Positions 12,590-25,705 are shown, counted from the stretch's first letter. The stretch: 64,000 bases of DNA from Eledone cirrhosa (GCA_964016885.1 OZ024761.1:20956001-21020000), one strand, 5' to 3'. Numbers and translations: made by a program. The notes: generated from the sequence alone by a model not told the origin.

Positions 12590-13750
12590 CTACTACCACC
12601 CATACCACCACCAATACTACTGCCACCACCACCACCACCATTACCACCACCACCACCACCACCACTACCGCCACCACCACCACTACCACCACCACCACCA
12701 CTACCACCACCAATACTACTGCCACCACCACCACCACCATTACCACCACACCACCACTACCGCCACCACCACCACTACCGCCACCACTACTACCACCACC
12801 TCTCACCACCACCACCACTACCACCACTACCACCACCACCACCACCACCACTACTGTCACCACCACTACCGCCACCACTACTACCACCACCTCTCACCGC
12901 CACCACTACCACCTATACCACCACTACCACTACCACCACTACCACCACCACCACTACCGCCACAACTACTACCACCACCTCTCACCACTACCACCACCAC
13001 CACCACTACCACCACCACTACCGCCACAACTACTACCACCACCTCTCACCACCACCACCACCACCACTACCACCACCACCACCACTACCACCACCACAAC
13101 TACCACCACAACTACTACCACCACCACTACCACCACTACTACCACTACCACCACTACTACCACCGCTACCACCACCACCACTACCGCCACAACTACTACC
13201 ACCACCTCTCACCACCACCACCACCACCACCACCACCACCACTACCACCACCACCACCACCACCACTACCACCACCACCACCACCACCACTACCACCACC
13301 ACCACTACCGCCACAACTACTACCACCACCTCTCACCACCACCACCTCTCACCACCACCACCACCACCACCACCACCACCACCACCACCACCACCACTAC
13401 CACCACCACCACCACCACCACTACCACCACCACCACCACCACCACCACTACCACCACCACCACTACCACCACCACCACCACCACCACCACAACTACTACC
13501 ACCACCTCTCACCACCACCACTACCACCACCACCACTACCACCACCACCACCACCACCACCACTACCACCACTACCACCACCACCACCACCACCACCACC
13601 ACCACAACTACTACCACCACCTCTCACCACCACCACCACTACCACCACCACCACCACCACCACCACCACCATCACCACCACCACCACCACCACTACCACC
13701 ACTACCACCACCACCACCACCACCACCACCACCACCACCACCACCACCAT
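12590..13750. repeat. (CAC/TAC)n trinucleotide array with periodic ctctc interruptions
   Basis: Direct reading. Confidence 0.9.
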
Positions 13751-14321
13751 TGTTCGTTGTAATTTAGTAGAGCGTGTTTTAATGGAGGTTAACGATTTCA
13801 ATTTGTGATGCTCTCAAGACAAACTGTTGGTTGTCGTTAGTATCGTTAGTGTTGGAACTAATTAACTGAAATAGCTTTGAGAGATAGCAAGTATTGTGTT
13901 CTATGATGTTTTGGAACTTTAATTAACAGAACAGCACATACACACATACATATATATATACACACATACACACACATATATATATATATACACACACACG
14001 CATATATATATACACATATATATACTCATATATATATATACATATACACACACACAAGCACACACACATATACAAACACAGCACCCAGAGATACAGACAC
14101 ATACACACACACACACATATACAAACACAGCACCCAGAGATACAGACACATACACACACACATATATACACACACATCTACACACATACACAACACACAC
14201 ACACACAACACACACACACGTAAACATATAGAAGAAAGTTGTTTTGAGTGTCTTTTAATGAAGTAACTTGACATTCTAAAGTTCCAGTGAAGTGGAATCA
14301 GCAATGAAACACTCTGGGATA

Positions 14322-14990
14322 AAATATAATATAGTATAGTATAATATAATATAATATAATATAGTATAGTATTATATAATATAATATAATATAGTATAAT
14401 ATAATATAATATAGTATAATATAGTATAGTATAATATAATATAATATAATATAATATAATATAGTATAATATAATAGAATATAGTATAATATAATATAAT
14501 ATAATATAATATAGTATAATATAATATAATATAGTATAGTATAATATAGTATAGTATAATATAGTATAATATAGTATAGTATAATATAGTATAGTATAAT
14601 ATAGTATAATATAGTATAATATAGTATAATATAATATAGTATAGTATAATATAATATAGTATAATATAATATAGTATAATATAATATAGTATAATATAGT
14701 ATAATATAATATAGTATAATATAATGTAATATAGTATAGTATAATATAATATAGTATAATATAATATAGTATAGTATAATATAGTATAATATAGTATAAT
14801 ATAATATAATATAGTATAGTTTAATATAATATAGTATAATAGAATATAGTATAATATAGTATAATATAGTATAATATAATATAGTATAATATAGTATAAT
14901 ATAGTATAATATAATATAGTATAATATAGTATAATATAATATAATATAATATAGTATAGTATAGTTTAATATAATATAGTATAATAGAAT
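14322..14990. repeat. (ATAAT/ATAGT)n pentanucleotide microsatellite
   Basis: Direct reading. Confidence 0.95.
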
Positions 14991-15078
14991 AAAGTCGTTC
15001 TCTTTCATATAAAAAGATATTCTGAGAAATCCTTTCAGACATTGAGAAATGGACTGAAGTTGGTATATTTTACTTATT

Positions 15079-15125
15079 GCGTTATATTTCTCTGACATGG
15101 TTATTCATGTGACTTCATCAGATGC
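15079..15125 (-). ncRNA. Degenerate type I hammerhead-like motif
   Basis: Minus: GCAT CTGATGA AGTC ACATG-AATAAC-CATGT CAGA GAA ATAT A ACGC. Core intact; stem I has one mismatch and the base of stem II is imperfect. Confidence 0.45.
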
Positions 15126-15262
15126 TTACACATTCATTGGTGCAGTTATGTAGTGATTGGGATATGTTGCTGGCCATGCACATCTATCCAGTACTGCTAC
15201 TACTACTATATATGTATATATGTATATATATATACATGTATGCATATATATATATATATATA

Positions 15263-15413
15263 TCTCAAAGGCGGGTAAAATTCCCGAGATCCATGGACGA
15301 GTTCTCTCCAGCGGTCTCTGTCCCTCATTATCGCTGCCATATCCTGCGTCTCCAACAGACCAGTGTCTGTCCTTAGGGCATCAACATACGTCAACCTTGG
15401 TCTTCCTCTTCCA

Positions 15414-15420
<7 letters not shown>
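15263..15420 (-). mobile_element. RTE-clade LINE 3' fragment (RT C-terminal GRPR motif)
   Basis: Translates [41 protein letters not shown]; nearly identical to 60263-60413. Confidence 0.8.
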
Positions 15421-15503
<83 letters not shown>

Positions 15504-15548
15504 TTATATATATATACATACATACATATATATATATATGTATATATG

Positions 15549-15598
<50 letters not shown>

Positions 15599-15738
15599 TG
15601 TATGTATATATATATATGTATGTATATATATATATATGTATGTATATATATATATATGTATGTATATATATATATATATACATATATGTATATATATATA
15701 TACATGTATGTATATATATATATACATGTGTATACATA

Positions 15739-16290
15739 CATCATCATCATCATCGTTTAACGTCTATCTTCCATGCTAGCATGGGTTAGACGGGAGTTGT
15801 CCCACATGAGGCAAGATTGGTCGGGTGACCATGTCTTGCTCCTAAAGGACTATCTGGCAGGTTTTCTACGGCTGGATGCCCTTCCTAACACCAACCACAT
15901 TTACAGTGTGGACTGGATGTTGTGGTACCAACTTTACAGAGAGAGGGTGGTGTTGGTGGGAGTGGGAGGATAGGGTAGGGGTAGTGGATTGGGGTGTATA
16001 TTTGGTTAAGGGTGCCTACTGACTGTAGGTTTCGCTTTGTACATAGGCAAGGCGGGTCTTCTGTATTACTGCGTAGCGCCAAAGATCTCGGTCCAGTGAC
16101 ATTGTCTTAGAGAGGTGCAAGTGTGTAAGGTCGGAATTTATCAGATCATCCCAGGTTTTTCTGGGTCTACCTACTCCGTAACTACCATCAATTTTGACTG
16201 CCCTGCACTTTTTTATACAACTGTCGTCTTTCATGCGCATCACGTGGCCATACCAACGTAGTCTTCTCTCAAGTAAACAGCATCTGATCC
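15739..16290 (-). mobile_element. RTE-clade LINE 3' end: ORF C-terminus, 3'UTR and (GAT)n tail
   Basis: ERRLRWYGHVMRMKDDSCIKKC...GRPRKTWDD...DRDLWR is followed on the same strand by the UTR ending catgctagcatggaagatagacgttaaacgatgatg. Same UTR at 36701-37090 (+). Confidence 0.85.
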
Positions 16291-16348
16291 CTATATATAT
16301 ATATATGTTTACGAGTATGTCATATAACATTTTATACATCTAATATTG

Positions 16349-16408
16349 TATTTTGTCTGAAGAAGGCACACTAAAATTTAGCATCCCTGAAATATATATA
16401 ATGAAATA
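16349..16408 (+). ncRNA. Type I hammerhead ribozyme motif (TATTTT family)
   Basis: TATTTTGT CTGAAGA AGG-19nt-CCT GAA ATATATAT A ATGAAATA. Stem II AGG/CCT covaries with AAG/CTT in other copies. Confidence 0.7.
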
Positions 16409-16456
16409 AATAATGATGCTATAGTGATATATATTCCGTTTATTACTATTATTATA

Positions 16457-16524
<68 letters not shown>

Positions 16525-17288
16525 ATAGCGCTACAATAGAAATATAAAACCAAACAGTACTACAACAACAACAACATCCTTTCTTTCATTGAGAGATTTA
16601 TTACTTGAGTGTATCTGGTTCATGTTGGTTATTTCCCCTCTCTCCACCCCTCTCCTCACCCATCACTCATCCCCTCCCACTCTCCTCTTTAAACTATCAG
16701 ATGATGTCGACTTCCTGTTATATAATATGGATGTTACTTAACGATAATTTACTGGGGGGGGGGGGGTTATTTAATGGTGATTTGTTGAAGGTTGGGGGGG
16801 GGGATTGTTGTTGTTCTTGATGGTGGTGGTGGTGGTGGTATTGTTGTTGTTGTTCTTGTTGACCTACAACTCCCAATGCAGTTAATCAACATTATTGGCA
16901 GTATCGGTAGAGGGTCGGACGCCATGCAGCACAGTTACGTCCCTTTACAATCTGAGTTCAAATCCTGCCGAGGTTAACTTTGCCTTTCATCCTTACGGGG
17001 TCGATAAAATAAAGTACCAGTAATGTACTTGTTAATGGTGTCATTGCTGGCCTTGTGCTAAAAGTAGAAACAATTATTTTCATCATCATCATCATTGTCA
17101 TCATTATAATGATCATCATCATCTTTGTCATCATCATCATCATCACTTTCATCTTCTTCGTTATCATCATTGCCCCCATTATCATTCTACGCTACATTCA
17201 AGTCCTGCCAACATTTGCTTTACTTTCGTCCATTTCTGGTCAATAAAACTACCAGCTCCCTGCTATTTCCTTGGAAAACTTTACAATA

Positions 17289-17640
17289 TTAACCCTTTAG
17301 CATTTACATTACTCTATATATACTATTGTATTTTCACAGTAAATGTTATGTGAGATATTATGTGAGGTAAAGCCTTTACTGTGAAAATACAATAGTATAT
17401 ATAGAGTAATGTAAATGGTAAAGGGTTAAACCGGCCATATTTGGTCAGAATTCTCTCACCTTTTCCTATTCAAAACAGCTGTAACTAGTCACTCATACTG
17501 ATGTTAAGGTATTGTTCTCAAAATAGATAGCATCAATATCCCATAGATTCAATATTATGTGAGATATTATGTGAGATAAATCCTTTACCATGAAAATATA
17601 AAAATATATAGAGAGAGTAATGTAAATGCTAAAGGGTTAA
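17289..17640. mobile_element. TTAA-flanked (piggyBac-like) MITE with a 140-bp fold-back palindrome at its left end
   Basis: ttaaccctttagcatttacatt...aatgtaaatggtaaagggttaa (17289-17429), then a body ending gctaaagggttaa at 17640. Same family as 62747-62998. Confidence 0.75.
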
Positions 17641-17735
17641 CAAATTCTCTAGTATTTAAAAAAAATCATCCTCTAAAAACCTCCTAAACAAAACACAAAA
17701 AACCAACAAAACCTTTTTTTTTTGTCATTTTATAG

Positions 17736-17825
17736 GAATCCGAGTTGTTGGAAACAAGTGTAAAAAATAGCGAACTTGAAGAAAACGTAGAACGATTGGA
17801 AATGAAGCTTCAAGAATCAGAATCG
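17736..17825 (+). CDS. Internal exon of the coiled-coil gene (ESELLETSVKNSELEENVERLEMKLQESES)
   Basis: T-rich tract with tatag acceptor, TCG|gtaagt donor, 90 nt, phase 0-0, in frame with 6367-6537. Confidence 0.88.
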
Positions 17826-18231
17826 GTAAGTTACTCTATCTGAAATATTAATGGAGTTTTAGGTTCTGGTTTGAACTGGTTTTTGTGATTTTGGTGAAAC
17901 TCTGGAGCAAGTAGAAGTCTTGAGGGTTGTGTCTTCTTTTACCCTCAGACTATCTGAAATACCTGGTTGGTTATAGAGGTGTATATATACAGATATATAT
18001 ATACACATATATAAGAAAAGAGTGAAGACTTCGACGGCTGAGCTCTGGTCATTTCGACAGCTAGATCCAAACTCATTATGGTCCACCTAGTTTCTTACAG
18101 CATTTCTTTGTTTTATATATAGTAATAATAATAAATGTGAAGACTAAAATCCAAAGAGGGCTCAATAAGGATAAATATATATCAAATATATAAGAAGCCT
18201 AGAGCAAATATTTATTAAAATAACAGATTAA

Positions 18232-18282
18232 AGTTTAAGCAAAGAATCGCTGCTTTCACCCATGACAGGATCTTCTGAAACT
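18232..18282 (-). ncRNA. Variant hammerhead motif with CAGAAGA core (U4A)
   Basis: Minus: AGTTT CAGAAGA T CCT-GTCAT-GGG T GAA AGC-11nt-GCT T AAACT. The flanks 18209-18227 and 18282-18300 pair to extend stem I. Confidence 0.55.
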
Positions 18283-18298
18283 CTGTTATTTTGATAAA

Positions 18299-18373
<75 letters not shown>

Positions 18374-18375
<2 letters not shown>

Positions 18376-18563
18376 CAAAGAAAGTGTGGTAAGATACCAG
18401 GTGGGCCATAACGCACCAGAGTGCTTGATACTTTGGGTAGTAGAGTGGGTAATAGGAAAAGAGTCAGGAGCCCGACGGCTGAGCTCCGGCCGTTTCGACA
18501 GCTAGACCTGAACTAAGCCACCAGAAACGTCCGGAGCTCAGCCGTCGGGCTCCTGACTCTTTT

Positions 18564-18568
<5 letters not shown>
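18374..18568. mobile_element. TA-embedded short repeat (family C) with a fold-back palindrome at 18452-18568
   Basis: Arms ataggaaaagagtcaggagcccgacggctgagctccgg..tttc and its reverse complement. Family members at 18020-18115, 27595-27784, 39537-39597 and 44475-44614. Confidence 0.7.
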
Positions 18569-18596
<28 letters not shown>

Positions 18597-18673
18597 GTAC
18601 GTTATTCCGGGTTGAATCGGAGGTAACCACAGTAAGTAAAGTACTCAATACATTGCAGAGTATAAAAGTTTTA

Positions 18674-18724
18674 AGATTCCTGATGATTTCTAAAGAATGA
18701 AACAGTTCTAGTCCTGTAGAATCT
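18674..18724 (+). ncRNA. Complete type I hammerhead ribozyme motif
   Basis: AGATTC CTGATGA T TTC-TAAA-GAA T GAA ACAG-TTCTAGTC-CTGT A GAATCT. 6-bp stem I, 4-bp stem III, GUA triplet; U-U at the base of stem II. Confidence 0.75.
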
Positions 18725-18726
18725 CA

Positions 18727-18780
<54 letters not shown>

Positions 18781-18782
18781 AG

Positions 18783-19080
18783 AGATAAGTTGTAGTGTGC
18801 AGGAGAGAAGACTGAGATGGTGTGGACAAGTGATGCACAGGGAGGATGACTGCTGGGTAAAGAAGTGCCAAGAAATCCCAGTAAAAGGAAGATGCAGGAG
18901 AGGAAGACCACGGAAAACATGGGCGGAGGCGGTGAGAGCAGTCCTCAGAGCACTGAAACTCACGGAGGAGATGACGAGGGACCGTGACAAGTAGAGAGAT
19001 GCTGTGCTGAATAGGACCCGTCCCACCCTTGCAAGCAGGGAAAAGTGGACGTAAAATGATGATGATGATGATGATGATGA
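18783..19080 (+). mobile_element. RTE-clade LINE 3' end with (GAT)n tail
   Basis: VQERRLRWCGQVMHREDDCWVKKC...RGRPRKTW followed by cccacccttgcaagcagggaaaagtggacgtaaaatgatgatg. Confidence 0.85.
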
Positions 19081-19105
19081 TATATATATATATGCATATC
19101 TCTCT

Positions 19106-19141
<36 letters not shown>

Positions 19142-19424
19142 CCAGTGTCATGTGATAGTTCTAGTAATCAATGTGTGGTGATTTGATTGGTTGTTTAGTG
19201 AAGTCTGCTGAGTTGTTGGGTCTCTCCAATTATATTTGATTGATCTCTTCAACCGTATTGATTAAAGTCTTGCAGATTCGGTGACGTGATCAATATCACA
19301 CTTGACAACTTCATCCATGGCGGCTCAACATTAGGACAGCTTCATTATATATACATACATATATATATACATACATATATATGTATATATATGTATATAT
19401 ATACATACATATATATATATATGT

Positions 19425-19466
<42 letters not shown>

Positions 19467-19627
19467 ATACATATATATGTATACATATATATATATATAC
19501 ACATATATATATATATATGTATGTATGTACATATATATATGTATGTTTATGTATGTACATATATGTATGTATGTATATATATATGTATATATGTATGTAT
19601 GTATATATATATGTATATATGTATGTA

Positions 19628-19663
<36 letters not shown>

Positions 19664-19665
19664 TG

Positions 19666-19696
<31 letters not shown>

Positions 19697-19713
19697 GTAT
19701 ATATGTATGTATG

Positions 19714-19744
<31 letters not shown>

Positions 19745-19787
19745 ATATATATATATATATGTATGTATATATATATATGTATGTATG

Positions 19788-19822
<35 letters not shown>

Positions 19823-19972
19823 GTAAATATATATATATATGTATGTACGCCAATACTCATCTTTTTCCATTTCTCCGGGGGTTCTTAACCCCCACTATCA
19901 GGCTAAATAATTTCTTTAATTTCTTTAGTCAAAATACGGCGATAGCTTACATCTCTTAAATATTCTTACTTG

Positions 19973-20094
<122 letters not shown>

Positions 20095-20147
20095 ATATGT
20101 GTATGTATTACATATTTATATATATGTACGTATTATATATATATTAC

Positions 20148-20193
<46 letters not shown>

Positions 20194-20212
20194 GTATGTA
20201 TATATGTGTATG

Positions 20213-20289
<77 letters not shown>

Positions 20290-20293
<4 letters not shown>

Positions 20294-20392
20294 GCACATG
20301 GCTTTGTGGTTAGTGTTAGGTTTGTAATTGAGAAATTGTGAGTTTGATTCTCAGACTTGGTGATGCAGTGTGTCCTTGAGCAAGGCACTTCA
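20290..20392 (+). mobile_element. SINE family A head and core fragment
   Basis: gcaggcacatggctttgtggttag...gagtttgattctc...gtgtccttgagcaaggcactt. Confidence 0.7.
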
Positions 20393-20519
20393 TGTGACTA
20401 TTGCTGCTGGTTATGATGATGTTGATATTGATGATACTAATCCTTATGATGATGATGATAATTCTCTCAATTATAAAAACATGGCTGTTATGTCATAACA
20501 ACAGCAACAACATCATTAT

Positions 20520-21645
20520 ACCACCACCACCACACCACCACACCACCACCACCACCACCACCATCACCACCATCACACCACCACCACCACCACCTCAACA
20601 ACCACCACACCACCACTACTTCAACTACCATCACCATCACACCACCACCACCACACCACATTACACTACACCACCACACCACACACCACCACCATCACAC
20701 CACCACAACCACCACACCACAACACCACCACCACACTACACCACCACACCACACCACTACACCACACCACTACACCACCACACCACCACACCCTCACCAC
20801 CACCCCACCACTACACCACCACCTCACACCACCACACCACCACCACACCACCACCACACCAACACACCACCACACCACCACTACCACACCATCACACCAC
20901 ACCACACACCACACCATCACACCACCACAACCACCACACCACAACACCACCACCACACTACACCACCACACCACCACACTACACTACACCACCACACCAC
21001 TACACCACCACACCACCACCACACCACACACCACCACCTCACACCACCACCACCACACCATCACACCACCACCACCACACCACCACCACCACACCACCAC
21101 ACCACCACACCACACCATCACACCACCACCACCACACCACCACCACCACACAACACACCACCACCTCACACCACCACCACCACACCACCACACCACCACT
21201 ACCAAACCACCACTACCACACCACCACCACCACACCACCACCACACCACCACACCAACGCACCACCATACCACCACTACCACACCATCACACCACACCAC
21301 ACACCACCACCATCACACCACCACAACCACCACACCACAACACCACCACCACACTACACCACCACACCACCACACTACACTACACCACCACACCACTACA
21401 CCACCACACCACCACCACACCACACACCACCACCACACCACCACCACCACACCATCACACCACCACCACCACACCACACCACCACACCACCACTACCACA
21501 CCACCACTACCACACCACCACACCACCACCACCACACCACACCACCACACCACCACTACCACACCACCACTACCACACCACCACACCACCACTACCACAC
21601 CACACCACCACACCACCACTACCACACCACCACCACCACACCACT
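20520..21645. repeat. CA-rich low-complexity array (CAC/CACCA)
   Basis: Direct reading. Confidence 0.9.
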
Positions 21646-21965
21646 GTAAACACTGCTGGTGGTCGTCTCTCTCCTTTCAAATTATATTGTATCCAGTGAT
21701 TAGAGAGCCAGGCCTCAGCCGCTCCCGTATCCACTGCTGTCTTTGAAGCAAAAATGGAAATTTCTGCTCGTCACGGTAAATAGAATTGTTACGTGGAATT
21801 GGTGATGTGTTGGGGTGGACCTGGGTCTTGGTATCATCATCATCATTGTTTTAACATCAGCTTTCCTTCCCTGCTAGCCAGGGCTGGGCAGGTCTAGATA
21901 GACTAAGTCAGTAATGAAGCAGGGATACTGACCTTCCAGACAGGCCAGGGACCTGAGAGATCAGT

Positions 21966-22025
<60 letters not shown>

Positions 22026-22253
22026 ATACGCACACACACACACACACACACACGCACACACACATGTATATAACAACATCTAATGTCGAGTTTCCCTGCT
22101 AGCCAGGGTTGGACAAGTCTACCTAGACCAAGTCAGTACTGAAGTGGTGGCTACAGATCTCCCAGACAGGTCTTCCTTGGTCTTCCTCAACTGCAGCCAC
22201 CTTCCGCTGTATTATATATTATATACTATATTATTTAATTAGAAAGATAACAT

Positions 22254-22321
22254 CTCTGTCTGACGACCGATCCAGACGTACATTATTATCGCCTGGCATC
22301 CAGAAACCTTTGGTAATGGAG
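22254..22321 (+). ncRNA. Type I hammerhead-like motif with long outer arms
   Basis: CTCTGT CTGACGA [irregular stem II with GAT/ATC and CCAG/CTGG] GAA ACC-TTT-GGT A ATGGAG. Distal arms tatttaattagaaag / ctttctaattaaata also pair. Confidence 0.6.
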
Positions 22322-22466
22322 TAGTTATATTTTGTGTTGTTCACTTTCTAATTAAATAGCTCTGTTCTATATATAGAGCACTCTTTTTCCCTTTACTTTT
22401 CCTTTGGAACTACCTTACATATATATATATTATATATTATATTATATACTATATATATATATATAT

Positions 22467-22506
<40 letters not shown>

Positions 22507-22939
22507 ATATATATATATAATATATATTATATATACAAGTATGGAAATATAGTGACCTTCATCACCATCACATTGTGTATGTGTGTATGTATGTATGTAT
22601 GTGAGTGTGTGTTTGTGTGCATGTCTATATAAATAGTTTATATCTGTGTGTGTGTGAGTGTTAGCACATATGTGTGCTTATGTGGTTGTGTGCATGTGTA
22701 CACGTGTGTGTATATCAACAGTGTATATATATCTATGTGTGTGTGCATGTGTACACGTGTGTGTGTGTGTGTATCAACAGTGTATATATATCTATGTGTG
22801 TGTGCATGTGTACACGTGTGTGTGTGTGTGTGTGTGTGTATATATCTCTATACGTCTCCCAGCCATGTCACTCTCAAGAGATGCCACTGACAAATCTATT
22901 CTGCCTGAATTAACTTGAATCACACTTTCTTTGTTTCTT

Positions 22940-23660
22940 TTTCTCTTCTTCTTCTCCTCCTCCCACTTATGCCGGGGGGGGGGGGCACAGTCCTCAAACA
23001 CCTCCCTCCACCAGGTCCTGTCAGAAGCAACCAGCTCCAATTGATCCGGCTGGATTCCCAAATGAAACCAGCCAAGCTCATGGATGTTATCCAACCATCT
23101 TGCTCGGGGTTGGTCTGACCCTGGGTCTCCTGCTGGCTGGTTTTGCCAGTAAAATCTCTCCAGTGATTCTTTCCTCAGACATTCTAACCACATGTCTGTA
23201 ATATCGGAGCTGTGATGCCACAAATCTCTCCAGTGATTCTTTCCTCAGACATTCTAACCACATGTCTGTAATATCGGAGCTGTGATGCCACAAATCTCTC
23301 CAGTGATTCTTTCCTCAGACATTCTAACCACATGTCTGTAATATCGGAGCTGTGATGCCACAAATCTCTCCAGTGATTCTTTCCTCAGACATTCTAACCA
23401 CATGTCTGTAATATCGGAGCTGTGATGCCACAAATCTCTCCAGTGATTCTTTCCTCAGACATTCTAACCACATGTCTGTAATATCGGAGCTGTGATGCCA
23501 CAAATCTCTCCAGTGATTCTTTCCTCAGACATTCTAACCACATGTCTGTAATATCGGAGCTGTGATGCCACAAATCTCTCCAGTGATTCTTTCCTCAGAC
23601 ATTCTAACCACATGTCTGTAATATCAAAGCTGTTCAGCTTTTATTTTTGTAGTTTCTTTT
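22940..23660 (-). mobile_element. Degenerate RTE LINE 3' fragment with a 70-bp internal tandem repeat (about 7 copies, 23152-23632)
   Basis: Minus translation YYRHVVRMSEERI...RRPR / PRARWLDNI...DRTWWR; the unit aaatctctccagtg...tgtgatgccac has period 70. Confidence 0.75.
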
Positions 23661-24062
23661 TATAGTTCTTGTTTGAATATAATATTAATTCTAAACATCC
23701 AGATCCTTCTAATTTGCTGCCAATTGTAATTACATATAATCCGTTAGATGGAATAGACGCAAGTCGTTATCTGTGGTAATATCTAGCAGGATTTGGTTAT
23801 AATATAGAAATTCATGATTACCAGTAGAAATACTCTTATCAAGGACATGCTCAGCAATCTAATGCTGGCAATACAATAAAATGCACCCAGTACACTCTGT
23901 AAAGTGGTTGATGGTTAAATGGAGACAACTTGGTGTAGAAGGTTTTTAGTCTCAGCAAAAAAAACATCACACACTCCTTGGTGTTTGTGACGTTAAGTTC
24001 TAAAATATTAATTTAATGATGACAGGGTTAGTTCTGGTACTGAGAAAAGAAAGAAACCAATA

Positions 24063-24362
24063 ACCAGATCAAACAAGTCAAATCTAGTCCAGACCAGTCA
24101 AATCTAGTCTAGACCAGTCAAATCTAGTTCAGACCAAATCAAACCACTTAAGTCCAGTCTAGATCAGTCATCTCCAGTCCAAATCCAGATCACACCAGTC
24201 AAATCCAGATCAGTCCAGTTCAAATCCAGTCAAATCCAGTTCAGACCAGTCAAATCCAGTCCAGTCCAGTCCAAATCCAGTCAAATCCACTTCAGACTAG
24301 TCAAATCCAATCCCGACCAGTCAAATCCAGTCCAGACCAGTCAAATCCAGTCCAGACCAGTT
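24063..24362. repeat. Degenerate 10/20-bp repeat (CCAGTCAAATCCAGTCCAGA)n
   Basis: Direct reading. Confidence 0.8.
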
Positions 24363-24644
24363 CAAGGAAACCACATCTCTATTGGTCTTACCATTCTGTT
24401 GATTGAAACTTTTGTCACCAAAACATGGAGATGTTTCTGCCAGGACAGCAAAGGTTCATAGACTGACTAAGATACTCTCATGGAATGACCAAATGAGGTT
24501 TCTTTATTTTCAAACATAATCCCTGGAAAGAAACAATGCAGTTATTATTAATAAGAAGAGTTTAAATTAATGTAATGCAAGATTTCACAGCTCTAACATC
24601 ACTCCTTCATAGTCAGCTTACATGGGTAGTGTAGATAGTGTACA

Positions 24645-24719
<75 letters not shown>

Positions 24720-24728
24720 TTATATATT

Positions 24729-24789
<61 letters not shown>

Positions 24790-24908
24790 ATATTTATATA
24801 TATATTTATATATATATATATTTATATATATATTTATATATATATATATATTTATATATATATTTATATATATATATATTTATATATATATTTATATATA
24901 TATATATT

Positions 24909-24961
<53 letters not shown>

Positions 24962-25497
24962 ATATCACATAAGAAAGGGAGATTCAGTGGTGCAACGAAT
25001 AAGATTTATTAGACATATTACAATCGTTTCTCTGGCGACCAGCGCGAGGCCCGATCGATGCGAGGATCGAACCTGACTCTGAAATCGCAAGATCCTCAGA
25101 TACGTCTCGATTCTACGAAGCAGAGTTTCCAAATGTCCAGTTACACCCACGGCCTTCGCTCAGCAGCTTAGATCCTGTTGTTGTCATTCTATGACTGGTC
25201 AAGAATTGTACACGTCATCGGTATTTTTGTCCACTCACGGCCGTCGTATATATTTGGTTTCTTTCAATTGCCACCTGTCAATCAAAGTTGTTTCTTATAT
25301 CGGGATTACTACTGTAGGGGGTAAGGGGTTGTATGATCGAACCGGTCGCGTCTTGTCGCAGCCCTGCCGGCCTGTAGGCTCCCACACCCATGTCCCTGTA
25401 TGTCGCAGGCGTGTTAGGTATGGGCACTCATACTCCCACCCCTATAACATACACACCGCCAACTGTCTCATATGACACAATCACAGTAAATATGAAA

Positions 25498-25535
<38 letters not shown>

Positions 25536-25536
25536 T

Positions 25537-25569
<33 letters not shown>

Positions 25570-25612
25570 TATATTATATATATATATATATATATAAATA
25601 ATATATATTTAT

Positions 25613-25649
<37 letters not shown>

Positions 25650-25666
25650 AATATATATATATATAT

Positions 25667-25705
<39 letters not shown>

